This document shows, in pieces, positions 9,838 through 20,768 of a stretch of 64,000 nucleotides of DNA. The stretch spans positions 42,788 through 106,787 of the forward strand of contig JBNJLE010000011.1 in NCBI GenBank assembly GCA_051751685.1, given 5' to 3'. A program made the translations under genes and the position numbers. The notes under the pieces were generated by a model that searched no databases, had not been told where the DNA came from, and worked only from the letters and a program-made list of their open reading frames with translations. The stretch's first letter is position 1. Every line of letters begins with the position of its first letter. Origin of the DNA: Pseudomonadota bacterium (lineage in GTDB: Bacteria; Pseudomonadota; Gammaproteobacteria; Pseudomonadales; Halomonadaceae).

Positions 9838-9938
9838 GCTGGGGCTCCCCGCCGCAAACTGACGTGATCCAAGCCCTTGGCAAGGGCCTCGTTGACGCCG
9901 ACAATCGTGCTATTACCCTATATTGCGGAGTGCCTGTC

Positions 9939-10388
9939 ATGAAGAGAATGGTTCCCCCCCTAGTCGCCGGCGCCCTGCTGGCCCTGCTGGCAACGCCCGC
10001 CTGGGCCGAGCGGCCCGTGGTCGAGATGCACCAGGACCCCAACTGCGGTTGCTGTGGTGCCTGGGCTGATCACCTGGAGGCCGAGGGTTTCACGGTGGAG
10101 CGCCACAAGACCCGCGAGATGCGCGCGATCAAGATCGAGCAAGGCCTCACTCCGGAACTCGCCTCCTGCCATACTGCCATGGTTGATGGCTACGTGATCG
10201 AGGGCCACGTGCCGGCGGCGGACATCCACCGCCTTCTGGAGGAGCGTCCGGACGTGGCTGGCCTTTCCGTGCCGGGCATGCCTCACGGCTCGCCGGGCAT
10301 GGAGACCGGTCGCGTTGATGACTACCGGGTATTGGGCTGGCACCGCGACGACCGCACGCCTGAGATCTTCAGCGAGTACACCCACTGA
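9939..10388 (+). CDS. DUF411 (CopG-like) periplasmic metal-binding protein
   Basis: ATG 9939. Signal peptide MKRMVPPLVAGALLALLATPAWA, CGCCG motif, and the conserved GHVPA/VPGMPHGSPGME segment. Confidence 0.75.
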   Translation: MKRMVPPLVAGALLALLATPAWAERPVVEMHQDPNCGCCGAWADHLEAEGFTVERHKTREMRAIKIEQGLTPELASCHTAMVDGYVIEGHVPAADIHRLLEERPDVAGLSVPGMPHGSPGMETGRVDDYRVLGWHRDDRTPEIFSEYTH

Positions 10389-10408
10389 TCCCCTAAAAGG
10401 AGTCGGAT

Positions 10409-10849
10409 ATGCAGTACCTGCACACCATGGTGCGCGTCAGTGACCTCGACGCTTCGCTGCGCTTCTACTGCGAGCTGCTGGGCCTCAAGGAAGTGCGCCG
10501 CAAGGAGAACGAAAAGGGGCGTTTCACCCTGATCTTCCTGGCCGCTCCGGAGGATGAGACGCGCTCTGCCGAGCTCAAGGCCCCGGAATTGGAGCTCACC
10601 TGGAACTGGGACCCGGAGGAGTACAGCGGCGGGCGCAACTTCGGCCACCTGGCCTATCGGGTCGACGATATCTATGCCCTGTGCGAGAGGCTCCAGGACG
10701 GCGGAGTGACCATCAACCGCCCACCTCGGGATGGCCACATGGCCTTTGTCAGAAGCCCTGATGGCATCTCGGTGGAGCTGCTCCAGAAGGGCGACCCGCT
10801 CTCCATCCAGGAGCCCTGGGCCTCCATGGAAAATACCGGCACCTGGTGA
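10409..10849 (+). CDS. gloA: Lactoylglutathione lyase (glyoxalase I, VOC superfamily)
   Basis: MQYLHTMVRVSDLDASLRFYCELLGLK... and GHLAYRVDDIY... are typical GloA sequences. Confidence 0.8.
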   Translation: MQYLHTMVRVSDLDASLRFYCELLGLKEVRRKENEKGRFTLIFLAAPEDETRSAELKAPELELTWNWDPEEYSGGRNFGHLAYRVDDIYALCERLQDGGVTINRPPRDGHMAFVRSPDGISVELLQKGDPLSIQEPWASMENTGTW

Positions 10850-10892
10850 GGTGCCAGCCTCACGACCTCACCACAAGGAAGACAGACAACAC

Positions 10893-11342
10893 ATGAACAC
10901 GACGCTTGTGGTCCGACTGGGACTGGTAATGGCGGCTGCTAGCCTGGTGGCGGCCTGTGGGGGGCGTCCCGATGCGCCGCCGACCGACCGCGAGGTGAGT
11001 CTCTCGGGGCCGGTGGTGGAACAACGCTGGAACCTGCTGCTGGTCGGCACCGACGAGCGACTGTCGCTGCCTGAACCTGCCTGGTTTCGTATCTCCTCCG
11101 ATGGCCGTGTCACCGGCAGCAACGGCTGCAACCAGCTCATGGGACAAGCGCGACTGAGCGAGAATCAGCGCATCGAGTTCTCGCAGCTGGGCACCACCCG
11201 GCGCGCCTGCCCCCAAGGTGAGGACGCGGCACGGGTGATTGGCATGCTGGAGACCGCCTACCGCTACTTGATCGACCATGATCGTCTGGTCTTCTTCGGC
11301 CCCGATAAACGAGTGTTAGGCGGCTGGCGGAAGGCGAACTGA
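10893..11342 (+). CDS. META-domain (HslJ-like) lipoprotein
   Basis: ATG 10893. Lipobox LVAACGG. The SNGCNQLMGQARL...TRRAC pattern is typical of the META domain. Confidence 0.7.
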   Translation: MNTTLVVRLGLVMAAASLVAACGGRPDAPPTDREVSLSGPVVEQRWNLLLVGTDERLSLPEPAWFRISSDGRVTGSNGCNQLMGQARLSENQRIEFSQLGTTRRACPQGEDAARVIGMLETAYRYLIDHDRLVFFGPDKRVLGGWRKAN

Positions 11343-11427
11343 GCCATGCTCCAGCGCCGATACGCCAGCGGCCCGCCAATGACGGACCGCTGAGGGGGGA
11401 GAATGGGCCATGGGCGGAGCGGTTGGC

Positions 11428-14418
11428 CTAGAGCGCGACGATCTTGTCGCGCTGCTCCACCAGCAGGCGATGGGCGGCCTGAAAGTCGGCCAGCTTGGCG
11501 CGCTCCTTATCCACTACCGCCTCAGGGGCCTTGGCCACGAAGCTCTCATTGCCGAGTTTCTTCTTGATGCCGCCGATCAGCTTGTCCTGCTTCTCGATCT
11601 CCTTGTCCAGACGAGCCAGTTCCGCCTCCTTGTCGATCAGGTCGGCCATGGGCACCAGCACCTCCATCTCGCCCACCAGTTGGATGGCAGATAGTGGCGC
11701 TGTCTCGGCATTGTCTAGCCAGCCAACGCTGTCCAGCTTGGCCAGCTTGGCCAGGAAACGGCGGTTGGCCTCCAGGCGCTCTCGGTCCAGCGGGCTTCCC
11801 TTGGCAAGCAGCACCTCCAACGGCTTGCCTGGGGCGATGTTCATCTCGGCGCGGATGTTACGCACTGCCACGATCACGCCCTTGAGCCATTCGATGTCGC
11901 GGACCGCCTGCTCGTCGAGCAGCGCCTCGTCGGCCTGCGGCCAGGGCTGCTCCATGATGGACCCGTCCGCCTCCCTCGCCAGGGTGCCGGCAAGCGGTGC
12001 CACCCGCTGCCAGATCTCTTCGCTGATGTAGGGCATCATCGGGTGGGCCAGGCGCAGGGTCGCCTCGAGCACCCGCACCAGGGTCTGGCGGGTGCCGCGC
12101 CTGGCTTCCACTGAGGCGGCCTCATCCCACAGCACCGGCTTGGAGAGCTCCAGGTACCAGTCGCAGTACTCGTTCCAGACAAACTCATAGAGCGCCTGGG
12201 AGGCGTGGTCGAAGCGGAATTCCTCCATGGCCTTCGTTACCTGGGCGGTGGTCTGCTGCAGGCGAGACAGGATCCAGCGGTCGGCGAGCGACAGCTCGAC
12301 CGGCTCGCGATCCTGTCCTTCGAGAGTGAGGCCGGTATCCTCGCCCTCGGCGTTCATCAGCACGTAGCGTGAGGCGTTCCACAGCTTGTTACAGAAGTTG
12401 CGATAGCCATCCAGGCGGCCCATATCGAACTTGATGTCGCGCCCGGTGGTGGCCTGGGACAGGAAGGTGAAGCGAAGCGCATCGGTGCCGTGGGGTTCGA
12501 TGCCTTCGGGGAACTCGTCGCGGGTAGCCTTTTCGATGGCCCTGGCCTTCTGCGGTTGCATCAGGCTGCCAGTGCGCTTCTCGATCAGAGTGTCGAGCGC
12601 GATCCCGTCGATCAGATCGATGGGGTCGAGCACATTGCCCTTGGACTTGGACATCTTCTGACCCTGACCGTCGCGAACCAGACCGTGGACGTAGACCTGC
12701 TTGAAGGGCACCTCGCCGGTGAACTTCAGGGTCAGCATGATCATCCGTGCAACCCAGAAGAAGATGATGTCGAAGCCGGTGACCAGCACACTGGTGGGAT
12801 GGAAGGTCTTGAGTTCCTCGGTGCGTTTCGGCCAGCCGAGGGTGCCGAAGGTCCACAGACCCGAGCTGAACCAGGTGTCGAGGACGTCTTCGTCCTGAGC
12901 GAGGCGCGGTACCCCCAGCTTTTCCATGGTCGTCAGCGCATCGGCGGTCAGCTCGGTGGTGCTGCCCAGCAGCTGATTGAAGCCGCGCAGGCGCATGGCG
13001 GTGTCGAAGTCGCCCTGCTCATGTTCGATGAAATGTGCCAGCTCGACCAGGTAGTCCCGGGTGGCCTCCACTTCGTTGCGCGCCACGAAGACGTTGCCGT
13101 CCGCGTCGTACCAGGCGGGGATGCGGTGGCCCCACCACAGCTGGCGGGAGATGCACCAGTCCTGGAGGTCGCGCATCCAGGCGAAGTACATGTTTTCGTA
13201 GTTCTTGGGCACGAACTGGATGTCGCCCTTCTCGACGGCCTCGATGGCAGGCTTGGCGAGGCTCTCCACGGCGACGAACCACTGGTCGGTGAGCAGCGGC
13301 TCGATGACATCGCCTGAGCGGTCCCCAAAGGGCAGGGTGTTGTTGACTGTCTCGATCTGCTCGAGGAGCCCGGCGGCCTCCATGTCGGGGACGATCCGCT
13401 TGCGCGCCTCGAAGCGGTCCAGGCCGGCATAGGCCCCGGGCAGGCTCGGGTCGATCTCCGGCAGCGGCCGGCCCTGGATATCGAAGGCCTCGGCGCGCTC
13501 GAGAATGCAGGCATCCTGGGTAAAGACGTTGATCAGCGGCAGGTGCTGGCGACGACCGACCTCATAGTCGTTGAAGTCGTGAGCCGGGGTGATCTTCACG
13601 CACCCGGAGCCCTTCTCCATGTCGGCATGCTCATCGGCCACGATGGGGATGCGCCGTCCCACCAGCGGCAGGATGACGAACTTGCCCAGCAGCGAGGCGT
13701 AGCGCGAATCCTCGGGGTTGACCGCGACGGCGGTGTCGCCGAGCAGGGTCTCCGGGCGAGTCGTGGCGACGACCAGGTAGTCCTTGCCGTCGTCGGTGGT
13801 CGCGCCGTCGGCCAGCGGATAGCGGAAGTGCCAGAACTGTCCCTGCTGGTCGCGGTTCTCCACCTCAAGGTCGGAGATGGCGGTATGCAGGGTCGGGTCC
13901 CAGTTGACCAGACGCTTGCCGCGGTAGATCAGCCCCTCCTTGTGGAGGCGCACGAAGACCTCCTGGACCGCCTTGTAGAAGCCGTCGTCCATGGTGAAGC
14001 GCTCGCGGGACCAGTCGACGCTGGCACCCATGCGGCGCAACTGGCGGGTGATATGGCCGCCGGATTCGTGCTTCCACTCCCAGACCTTGTCGATAAAGGC
14101 GTCGCGGCCGAGATCATGGCGGCTCTTGCCCTCTTCCGCGGCGATCTTGCGCTCCACCAGCATCTGGGTGGCGATGCCGGCGTGGTCGGTACCCACCTGC
14201 CAGAGGGTATTGCGTCCCTGCATCCGTCGCCAGCGGGTCAGGGTGTCCATCATGGTGTCCTGGAAGGCGTGGCCCATATGCAGGCTGCCGGTGACGTTGG
14301 GTGGCGGGATCATGATGGAGTAGGGCTCGCCCTCACCGGAGGGGGCGAAGCGGCCATCGGCCTCCCAGCGCTCGTACCAGCGGGATTCAATCTGCTCGGG
14401 TTGGTAGGTCTTGTCCAT
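11428..14418 (-). CDS. valS: Valine--tRNA ligase
   Basis: HIGH region [18 protein letters not shown] motif, and C-terminal coiled coil. The product is 996 aa. Confidence 0.97.
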   Translation of the reverse strand: MDKTYQPEQIESRWYERWEADGRFAPSGEGEPYSIMIPPPNVTGSLHMGHAFQDTMMDTLTRWRRMQGRNTLWQVGTDHAGIATQMLVERKIAAEEGKSRHDLGRDAFIDKVWEWKHESGGHITRQLRRMGASVDWSRERFTMDDGFYKAVQEVFVRLHKEGLIYRGKRLVNWDPTLHTAISDLEVENRDQQGQFWHFRYPLADGATTDDGKDYLVVATTRPETLLGDTAVAVNPEDSRYASLLGKFVILPLVGRRIPIVADEHADMEKGSGCVKITPAHDFNDYEVGRRQHLPLINVFTQDACILERAEAFDIQGRPLPEIDPSLPGAYAGLDRFEARKRIVPDMEAAGLLEQIETVNNTLPFGDRSGDVIEPLLTDQWFVAVESLAKPAIEAVEKGDIQFVPKNYENMYFAWMRDLQDWCISRQLWWGHRIPAWYDADGNVFVARNEVEATRDYLVELAHFIEHEQGDFDTAMRLRGFNQLLGSTTELTADALTTMEKLGVPRLAQDEDVLDTWFSSGLWTFGTLGWPKRTEELKTFHPTSVLVTGFDIIFFWVARMIMLTLKFTGEVPFKQVYVHGLVRDGQGQKMSKSKGNVLDPIDLIDGIALDTLIEKRTGSLMQPQKARAIEKATRDEFPEGIEPHGTDALRFTFLSQATTGRDIKFDMGRLDGYRNFCNKLWNASRYVLMNAEGEDTGLTLEGQDREPVELSLADRWILSRLQQTTAQVTKAMEEFRFDHASQALYEFVWNEYCDWYLELSKPVLWDEAASVEARRGTRQTLVRVLEATLRLAHPMMPYISEEIWQRVAPLAGTLAREADGSIMEQPWPQADEALLDEQAVRDIEWLKGVIVAVRNIRAEMNIAPGKPLEVLLAKGSPLDRERLEANRRFLAKLAKLDSVGWLDNAETAPLSAIQLVGEMEVLVPMADLIDKEAELARLDKEIEKQDKLIGGIKKKLGNESFVAKAPEAVVDKERAKLADFQAAHRLLVEQRDKIVAL

Positions 14419-14522
14419 GGGGCGTTCCGGGTCCAGAAATGATCACCGCCGGCCAGAGGGCCGGACGGCAGGAGAGGGCGACGAAAAATGGGAACGAGTA
14501 TAGCGCGGCGTGACACCCGGCG

Positions 14523-14984
14523 TCAGCCTGGCTGCCCGCGGAGCTGATGCGCCTTGACCGGGTAGCCGCGCTTCTTGTAGGTCTGCCAGCACTCGCGCTT
14601 TGCCACCAGCACGTCCTGGTGCTGGTTGATGATTTCGGCGACCCGCTCGAAGCGGGAGAACCACTCGGGAATGTCCGGCGCCAGGTTGAGCAGTGCCTGC
14701 ACGGACTGATCGGGGGAGGGCGGCGCGCCCCAGCCGATGGTCACCGGAATGCGCGTGTCCACCTCGGCTTCAGTCAAGTCATCCCCAAACAGCGCATGGG
14801 GCACATAGGCGTCGGGACGGAAGGTCCAGAGCCGCTCGTCCAGCACCCGGGCCATGGCCTCGTCTTCGGCATGCAGGTGCAGGCGATAGCCCTTGCGCTG
14901 GATGGTCTCGGCCAGCCGACAGGCGAAATCGAGACGCGCCTCTAGGGTGGTATCGGGGAGGACGTAGAAATCGATCTGGGTCAT
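14523..14984 (-). CDS. holC: DNA polymerase III chi subunit
   Basis: MTQIDFYVL...RLWTFRPDAYVPH matches HolC. The position next to valS is conserved in gammaproteobacteria. Confidence 0.88.
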   Translation of the reverse strand: MTQIDFYVLPDTTLEARLDFACRLAETIQRKGYRLHLHAEDEAMARVLDERLWTFRPDAYVPHALFGDDLTEAEVDTRIPVTIGWGAPPSPDQSVQALLNLAPDIPEWFSRFERVAEIINQHQDVLVAKRECWQTYKKRGYPVKAHQLRGQPG

Positions 14985-15040
14985 GAGGCAGTGGTTATCC
15001 TCCGGCGCCCCTCGAAAAGCGAGGGGCGCGCTGACGATGG

Positions 15041-16141
15041 TTACACCAGCCGCGTCAGCCAGCCATGGGTATCCTCGGCGCGGCCGTACTGCAGGTCGAG
15101 CAGCTTGGTGCGCAGGCGCTTGGCGATGGGATTGCCGCTGTCTGCCTTCAGGCGGATGGCGCCGTCCTCGGTGACCAGCTCGCCCACCGGGGTGATCACC
15201 GCGGCGGTGCCGCAGGCGAACACCTCGGTGAGTTCGCCGGAGGCCGCCGCCTCACGCCACTCATCGATGCTGATGGGACGCTCCTCGGGCGAGAGGCCCT
15301 CGTCGTGGGCCAGGGTCAGCACCGAGTCGCGGGTGACGCCCTCGAGGATGGTGTCAGTCAGGCGCGGGGTGGCGATGCGGCCATCCTTGAAGACGAAGAA
15401 GAGGTTCATGCCCCCCAGTTCCTCGATCCACTTGTTCTCTACGGCATCCAGGAAGGCCACCTGGCCGCAGTCGTGGGTGCTGGCTTCCTTCTGGGCGGCC
15501 AGCGAGGCGGCGTAGTTGCCGCCGCACTTGGCGAAGCCGGTGCCGCCCGGCGCGGCGCGCTTGTAGTGGGAGGAGAGCCAGATGGAGACCGGTTCCACGC
15601 CACCCTTGAAGTAGGCCGCTGCAGGCGAGGCAATGACGTAGTAGTCCACCTCATGGGCCGGGCGCACACCGAGAAACTTCTCGCTGGCGATCATAAAGGG
15701 GCGCAGATAGAGGCTGCACTCGTCGGTCTCATTCCGCGGCGTCGGGACCCAGACATGATCCTGGGCCAGCAGCGCCTTGAGGGAACCGATAAAGTCCTTA
15801 TCGGAGAGCTCCGGCAGGGCCAGACGGCGGGCGCTGCGGCGGAAGCGCTCGGCATTCTTCTCCGGGCGAAAGGTCCACACGGAGCCGTCGGCGTGGCGAT
15901 AGGCCTTGATGCCCTCGAAGATCTCCTGGGCGTAGTGCAGCACGGCGGCGGCGGGGTCCAGGGTCAGCGGCCCGTAGGGTCGTACCTCGTGGCCGTGCCA
16001 ATCGGCGTTCAGGGTCCAGCGGACATGCGCCATATGGTCACTGAAATACTGGCCGAAACCGGGGTTGGCGAGGATATCCTCACGGATCGAGTCGGTCGTG
16101 GGAGTGGAGTTGGACAGGAGTTCGAAGCTGGCAGTCGACAC
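15041..16141 (-). CDS. ilvE: Branched-chain-amino-acid aminotransferase (long, about 365-aa type)
   Basis: Fold-type IV aminotransferase sequence (LHYAQEIFEGIKAY, GGTGFAKCGGNYAASL). GTG start at 16141 preceded by ggaga. Confidence 0.85.
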   Translation of the reverse strand: MSTASFELLSNSTPTTDSIREDILANPGFGQYFSDHMAHVRWTLNADWHGHEVRPYGPLTLDPAAAVLHYAQEIFEGIKAYRHADGSVWTFRPEKNAERFRRSARRLALPELSDKDFIGSLKALLAQDHVWVPTPRNETDECSLYLRPFMIASEKFLGVRPAHEVDYYVIASPAAAYFKGGVEPVSIWLSSHYKRAAPGGTGFAKCGGNYAASLAAQKEASTHDCGQVAFLDAVENKWIEELGGMNLFFVFKDGRIATPRLTDTILEGVTRDSVLTLAHDEGLSPEERPISIDEWREAAASGELTEVFACGTAAVITPVGELVTEDGAIRLKADSGNPIAKRLRTKLLDLQYGRAEDTHGWLTRLV

Positions 16142-16353
16142 GGCAAGGGGTCTCCGCTACGCCCGGAGCGTGCCTGCCCCGGGGTGATACAGGAAGGTCG
16201 GGCCGGCGAGAGCCGGCCCGGGTCGTGGATTCATCGTCAGTCCCACATGAGAAAGGCGACGCGGGAAAAACGCAAGCCCTGCTGCGTGGCTGACATTCGG
16301 GGGTGGCCTCAGGGCTGTTCCGGCGCCCTTCGCAGCAGGTGGTGGTGTAGCGT

Positions 16354-17874
16354 TTATTCCGATTCATCCTCCACCACGGCGTCGGCTTCTCGGTCCAGCA
16401 GGTACTGGGTCAGCAGGCCCACGGGGCGGCCGCTGGCGCCCTTCTGTTTGCCGGAGGACCAGGCGGTGCCGGCGATATCCAGGTGCGCCCAGGGGAACGT
16501 GTCGGCGAAGCGCGAGAGGAAGCAGGCGGCGGTGATGGTGCCCGCCGGCTTGCCACCGATGTTGGCCAGGTCGGCGAAGTTGGAGTCGAGCTGCTCCTGG
16601 TACTCGTCCCACAGCGGCAGGTGCCAGGCGCGGTCCCAGGCCGCCTCGCCGGCGTCGAGCAGGTCCAGGGCCAGATCGTCGTCGTTGGAAAGCAGGGCGG
16701 TGGCGTGGTGGCCCAGGGCGATGATGCAGGCGCCGGTCAGTGTGGCGATGTCTATCACGCTGGCCGGCTCGAAGCGCTCGGCGTAGGTGAGGGCGTCGCA
16801 CAGCACCAGGCGACCCTCGGCGTCGGTGTTGAGCACTTCAACCGACAGGCCCTTGAGGGTCTTGATGATGTCGCCGGGCTTGGTGGCACGGCCGTCGGGC
16901 ATGTTTTCGGCGGCGGCGACAATGGCGACCAGATTGACCTTGGGGCGGATGCCAAGGACGGCCTGGACCGTGCCGAATACGCTGGCCGCGCCGCACATGT
17001 CGAACTTCATCTCGTCCATGGCCTCGCCGGGCTTGAGCGAGATGCCGCCGGTGTCGAAGGTGATGCCCTTGCCCACCAGCACATGGGGGGGCTCGTCGGG
17101 GTCCTCGGCGCCCCGGTACGTCATCACGATCAGCCGCGAGGGCTGCTCGCTGCCGCGGCCCACCGAGAGCAGACTGTGAGCGCCCAGCGCCTCCAGAGCC
17201 TCCTCGTCGAGGATCTCCACCGCGAGCGCACCGCGGGAGGCCTTGCCCAGTGCCTCGGCCTGCTCGGCCAGATAGCTTGGGGTACAGACGTTGCCGGGCA
17301 AATTGCCCAGCGTGCGGGCGATGTTCATGCCCTCGCCCACGGCGTCACCGATGCGCGCGCCTTCTCGGGCCTCACCGGCGTCGCTATCCTCGGTGACCAG
17401 CAGGATCACCCGCTCCAGGCGCGGGGCGGGAGTCTTTTCGGACTTGAACTGGTCGAAGCGATAGAGCGCGCGGTGGGTCGCCTCGGCTACCATGCGCGCT
17501 TTCCAGTCGGCGTCACGCTCGGTCAGTGGCACGTCGGTGAAGGCCACGGCGCAGTCGTCCACCGGGAGGTCGGCCAGCGCCGTGAAGGTGGCGTCCAAGG
17601 CCTTGCGGAAGGCGGCTTCCTGGCACTTGTCGCGATTGCCCAGGCCCACCAGCAGCAACCGCTCGGCGGAGAGCCCCGGCGCGAAGGGAATCATCTGTAC
17701 CTTGCCCAGCTTGGCGTCGAAATCGCCGCGCTCGATGAGCTGGCCGATCAATTTCTCGCTGGCGTCGTCGAGGCGTGCGGCGGCGGGCAGAAGCTCGCCG
17801 TCCTGGTACACCGGGATGACGAGACAGGCGGTCTCGACCTTGGCGGGGTTACCCGTCTTTACTGGGAATTCCAT
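16354..17874 (-). CDS. pepA: Leucyl aminopeptidase
   Basis: M17 signature NTDAEGRLVLCDAL. Start trimmed to MEFPVKTGNP at 17874. Divergent from lptF as in other gammaproteobacteria. Confidence 0.93.
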   Translation of the reverse strand: MEFPVKTGNPAKVETACLVIPVYQDGELLPAAARLDDASEKLIGQLIERGDFDAKLGKVQMIPFAPGLSAERLLLVGLGNRDKCQEAAFRKALDATFTALADLPVDDCAVAFTDVPLTERDADWKARMVAEATHRALYRFDQFKSEKTPAPRLERVILLVTEDSDAGEAREGARIGDAVGEGMNIARTLGNLPGNVCTPSYLAEQAEALGKASRGALAVEILDEEALEALGAHSLLSVGRGSEQPSRLIVMTYRGAEDPDEPPHVLVGKGITFDTGGISLKPGEAMDEMKFDMCGAASVFGTVQAVLGIRPKVNLVAIVAAAENMPDGRATKPGDIIKTLKGLSVEVLNTDAEGRLVLCDALTYAERFEPASVIDIATLTGACIIALGHHATALLSNDDDLALDLLDAGEAAWDRAWHLPLWDEYQEQLDSNFADLANIGGKPAGTITAACFLSRFADTFPWAHLDIAGTAWSSGKQKGASGRPVGLLTQYLLDREADAVVEDESE

Positions 17875-18023
17875 GGCGTCTCCACAGACAAGCGTGTTGG
17901 TTGCAGGCGTCAAGGTTACAAGGGTTAGGGTTACAAGTGCAGGGGGATTCTGGATAATGCCGTCACGTCGCCGTGCCGCAACAGTGTACCCAAGGCATGG
18001 CCCCTTTGCATGGCAGGCGCCGT

Positions 18024-19106
18024 ATGATCATCTTCCGTTACCTGACTCGCGAGATCCTGCTGACAATGGCCGCCGTCGCCGGCGTGTTGATGCTGGTGAT
18101 CATGGGCAGTCGCTTTATTCGCTACTTCAGTAATGCCGCCGAGGGCGACATCCCGGCCAGCATTCTCGGCACCCTGATGCTGTTTCATCTGCCAGGCTTC
18201 CTTGAGCTGATCCTGCCACTGGCCTTCTTCCTCGGTATCCTGCTCGCGTATGGGCAGCTGTACCTCAACAGCGAGATCACCGTGCTGGTGGCCTGCGGTA
18301 CCAGCCCCAACCGGCTGCTGCAGGTGAGCCTGGTGCCGGCCACCCTGGTGGCGATCCTGGTGGCCATGTGCAGCCTGTGGCTGACGCCTGCCGGCGCCCT
18401 GCAAAACGCCGTAATGCTCGAGGAGCAGCGCAGTCGAATCGACTTTTCGGCCCTGGCGCCGGGCCGATTCCAGGAGTTCGGCAGCGGCCGCACCGCCTAT
18501 ATGGAGGGGATCAGTGATGACGGTAGCGAGATGCGTGGCGTCTTCATCAGTGAGCGCCAGCGGCGCCGAGACGGGACCCCGGAGACAGCAATGACCCGCG
18601 CCGAGGGAGGGTATCAGACCCTGGACAGGGAGACCGGCAGCCGTTTTCTGGTCTTGGCCGACGGCGAGCGCTATAGCGTGGAACCAGGGCGCTTCGAGGC
18701 AGAGCGGCTCGAGTTCGACACCTATGCCGTGCGTCTCTCCCAGGCCGACGATATGCGCGAGCTCGATGCTCCCGAGTACGCCACCACCGTGGCCCTGTTC
18801 GGCGATGACTCGGCCCGCGCTCAGGCTCAGCTGCAATGGCGGCTGGGCCTGCCGCTGATGGTCTTTATCCTGACCCTGCTGGCGATGCCGCTCTCTCGGG
18901 TCAATCCGCGCCAGGGACGCTTTGCCAAACTGTTGCCGGCAATCTTCCTGCACGTGGCCTACCTGAGCCTGCTGTTGGCCGGCCTGGATGCCATCGGTCG
19001 CGGTGCCCTGCCGGCCACGGTAGGGATGTGGCCGATCCATGGCGCCTTCCTGGCCCTCGGGTTGATCATGATGACGCGAGCCCAGCGCAAGGGGATCAGC
19101 GGATGA
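18024..19106 (+). CDS. lptF: LPS export ABC permease LptF
   Basis: MIIFRYLTREILLTMAAV... is the YjgP/YjgQ family N-terminus. ATG at 18024. Confidence 0.9.
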   Translation: MIIFRYLTREILLTMAAVAGVLMLVIMGSRFIRYFSNAAEGDIPASILGTLMLFHLPGFLELILPLAFFLGILLAYGQLYLNSEITVLVACGTSPNRLLQVSLVPATLVAILVAMCSLWLTPAGALQNAVMLEEQRSRIDFSALAPGRFQEFGSGRTAYMEGISDDGSEMRGVFISERQRRRDGTPETAMTRAEGGYQTLDRETGSRFLVLADGERYSVEPGRFEAERLEFDTYAVRLSQADDMRELDAPEYATTVALFGDDSARAQAQLQWRLGLPLMVFILTLLAMPLSRVNPRQGRFAKLLPAIFLHVAYLSLLLAGLDAIGRGALPATVGMWPIHGAFLALGLIMMTRAQRKGISG

Positions 19107-20167
19107 TCGCCGATCGTTTCGATCGCTATCTGGCTCGCAACGTGCTGGGAGCCATTATCGTGGTACAGGTGGTGCTACTCGGCCTGGACCTGGTGATCAC
19201 CTATATCAACGATCTGGATGATGTCGAGGGTAGCTATGGCGCCTTCCAGGTGCTGCTCTATCTGACGATGCGTCTCCCCTGGCGCTTCTACCAGTATGCC
19301 CCGGTGGGCGTGCTGATCGGTGCCCTGATCGGACTGGGCAGTATGGCCTCGAACAACGAGCTCACCGTGATGCGTGCCGCAGGACGCTCCCTGACGCGTA
19401 TTCTGTGGGGGGCGATGAAACCGATCATTCTGGTGATTGTGCTGCTGCTGGTGGTGGCCGAATACGTGGCCCCGCGTACCGAGCAGTTCGCCAATGCCTG
19501 GCGTCTGGAGCGCATCCAGGGCGCCGGGGCCGTGCTCACCGAGCGAGGTGGCTGGCAGCGCGAGGGAGACAGTTTCTACCGATTCGGAGCCATTCGCGCC
19601 GACGACACCGTGCTTGACCTGACTCGCTACCGCTTCGAAGGGGTGCGCCTGGTGGAGGCCGCCAGCGCCGAACGTGCCGTCTGGCGTGACGGCAGCTGGC
19701 GGCTGGAGGGCGTCGAGGTTACCCGCTTTCACGACGAACGCACCGAGGCCGAGCGGCACGCGGTCCTGCCCTGGGACACCAGCCTGACGCCCGAGCAGCT
19801 CAATCGACTGCTGCGGCCCATCGATAGCCAGTCGCCCAGCGAGCTATTTGCCTATGCCCGCTATCTTCAGGTCCAGGGGCAGGCGGCGACCCAGCCGCTG
19901 CTCTATTTCTGGCAGAAGATGTTGATGCCCTTGACCATGGGCTCGCTGGTGCTGGTGGCCGCTTCCTTCGTGTTCGGCCCCTTGCGCACCGTGGCGGCCG
20001 GTACCCGGGTCTTCTACGGGGTGGTGACCGGCCTGGTCTTCAAATACCTGCAGGACCTCCTGGCACCTGCCTCCATGGTGTTCGGCTTCTCGCCCGCCTG
20101 GGCGGTGCTGGCACCGACTCTGATCTGCGCCGCCGTGGGGCTCTACCTTCTACGGCGAACCGCCTGA
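19103..20167 (+). CDS. lptG: LPS export ABC permease LptG
   Basis: MIADRFDRYLARNVLGAI... The ATG overlaps the lptF stop (ATGA). Confidence 0.9.
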   Translation: MIADRFDRYLARNVLGAIIVVQVVLLGLDLVITYINDLDDVEGSYGAFQVLLYLTMRLPWRFYQYAPVGVLIGALIGLGSMASNNELTVMRAAGRSLTRILWGAMKPIILVIVLLLVVAEYVAPRTEQFANAWRLERIQGAGAVLTERGGWQREGDSFYRFGAIRADDTVLDLTRYRFEGVRLVEAASAERAVWRDGSWRLEGVEVTRFHDERTEAERHAVLPWDTSLTPEQLNRLLRPIDSQSPSELFAYARYLQVQGQAATQPLLYFWQKMLMPLTMGSLVLVAASFVFGPLRTVAAGTRVFYGVVTGLVFKYLQDLLAPASMVFGFSPAWAVLAPTLICAAVGLYLLRRTA

Positions 20168-20180
20168 GCAAGGAGCTCAC

Positions 20181-20657
20181 ATGCAACGACGTTTCGGCAA
20201 CCTGGACGACGTCTGTCCAGCGGGGCTTGCCCGCCGGCTGGGTGCCATGCTCTACGATGCCTTCCTGGTGGCGGCCATCTGGCTTTTGGTGGCTGGCTTG
20301 CATCTGCTGGCAGGGCGCTATCTGCTGGGGATTCCCGCCGATCAGGTGGGACAGAGTCTGTTGTGGGCGTTGTCGCTGCAGCTGCTGCTGCTTTCGTCGG
20401 CCTTTACCTTCTTCGCCTTCTTCTGGACTCGCGGCGGCGTGACCCTCGGCATGCAGGCCTGGCGGCTGCGGGTGCAGACTCCCGACGGATATTCCATCAG
20501 CCTGGCTCAGGCGGCGGTGCGCTTCCTGTCGTCCTGCCTGTCGATCGCCGTCTTCGGGCTCGGCTATGTGTGGGTACTGTTCGATGCCGAGCGGCGCAGT
20601 TGGCCGGATATCGTCTCAGGCACCCGGGTGGTGCTGCTGCCCAAGCCTGCCAAGTAG
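20181..20657 (+). CDS. RDD-family membrane protein
   Basis: SD aggag then ATG 20181. The segment RRLGAMLYDAFLV... and TM segments match the RDD domain pattern. Confidence 0.7.
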   Translation: MQRRFGNLDDVCPAGLARRLGAMLYDAFLVAAIWLLVAGLHLLAGRYLLGIPADQVGQSLLWALSLQLLLLSSAFTFFAFFWTRGGVTLGMQAWRLRVQTPDGYSISLAQAAVRFLSSCLSIAVFGLGYVWVLFDAERRSWPDIVSGTRVVLLPKPAK

Positions 20658-20715
20658 TCATGCGCCGAGATGATGTTGACGCGGATCAGATATTGGTCGC
20701 TTCCCGCTTGCAAGA

Positions 20716-20734
20716 GTCTATGCGAATCATTTAC
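20716..20734 (+). promoter_or_regulatory. Candidate Fur box upstream of bfd
   Basis: gtctatgcgaatcatttac matches GATAATGATAATCATTATC at 12/19 by hand. It lies 35-53 nt upstream of the bfd ATG. Confidence 0.4.
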
Positions 20735-20768
20735 ATTTATTCTTGCAGTCGTCAGCGAGGTGATGCTC

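Noticed and set aside
15065-16786. 573-aa ORF on the + strand
   Set aside because: It is antisense to ilvE and pepA, which have clear family motifs. The translation is Gly/Ala/Arg/Val-rich low-complexity sequence, typical of spurious open frames in high-GC DNA.
17931-19040. 369-aa ORF on the - strand
   Set aside because: It is antisense to lptF and its composition is His/Gln/Gly-rich nonsense.
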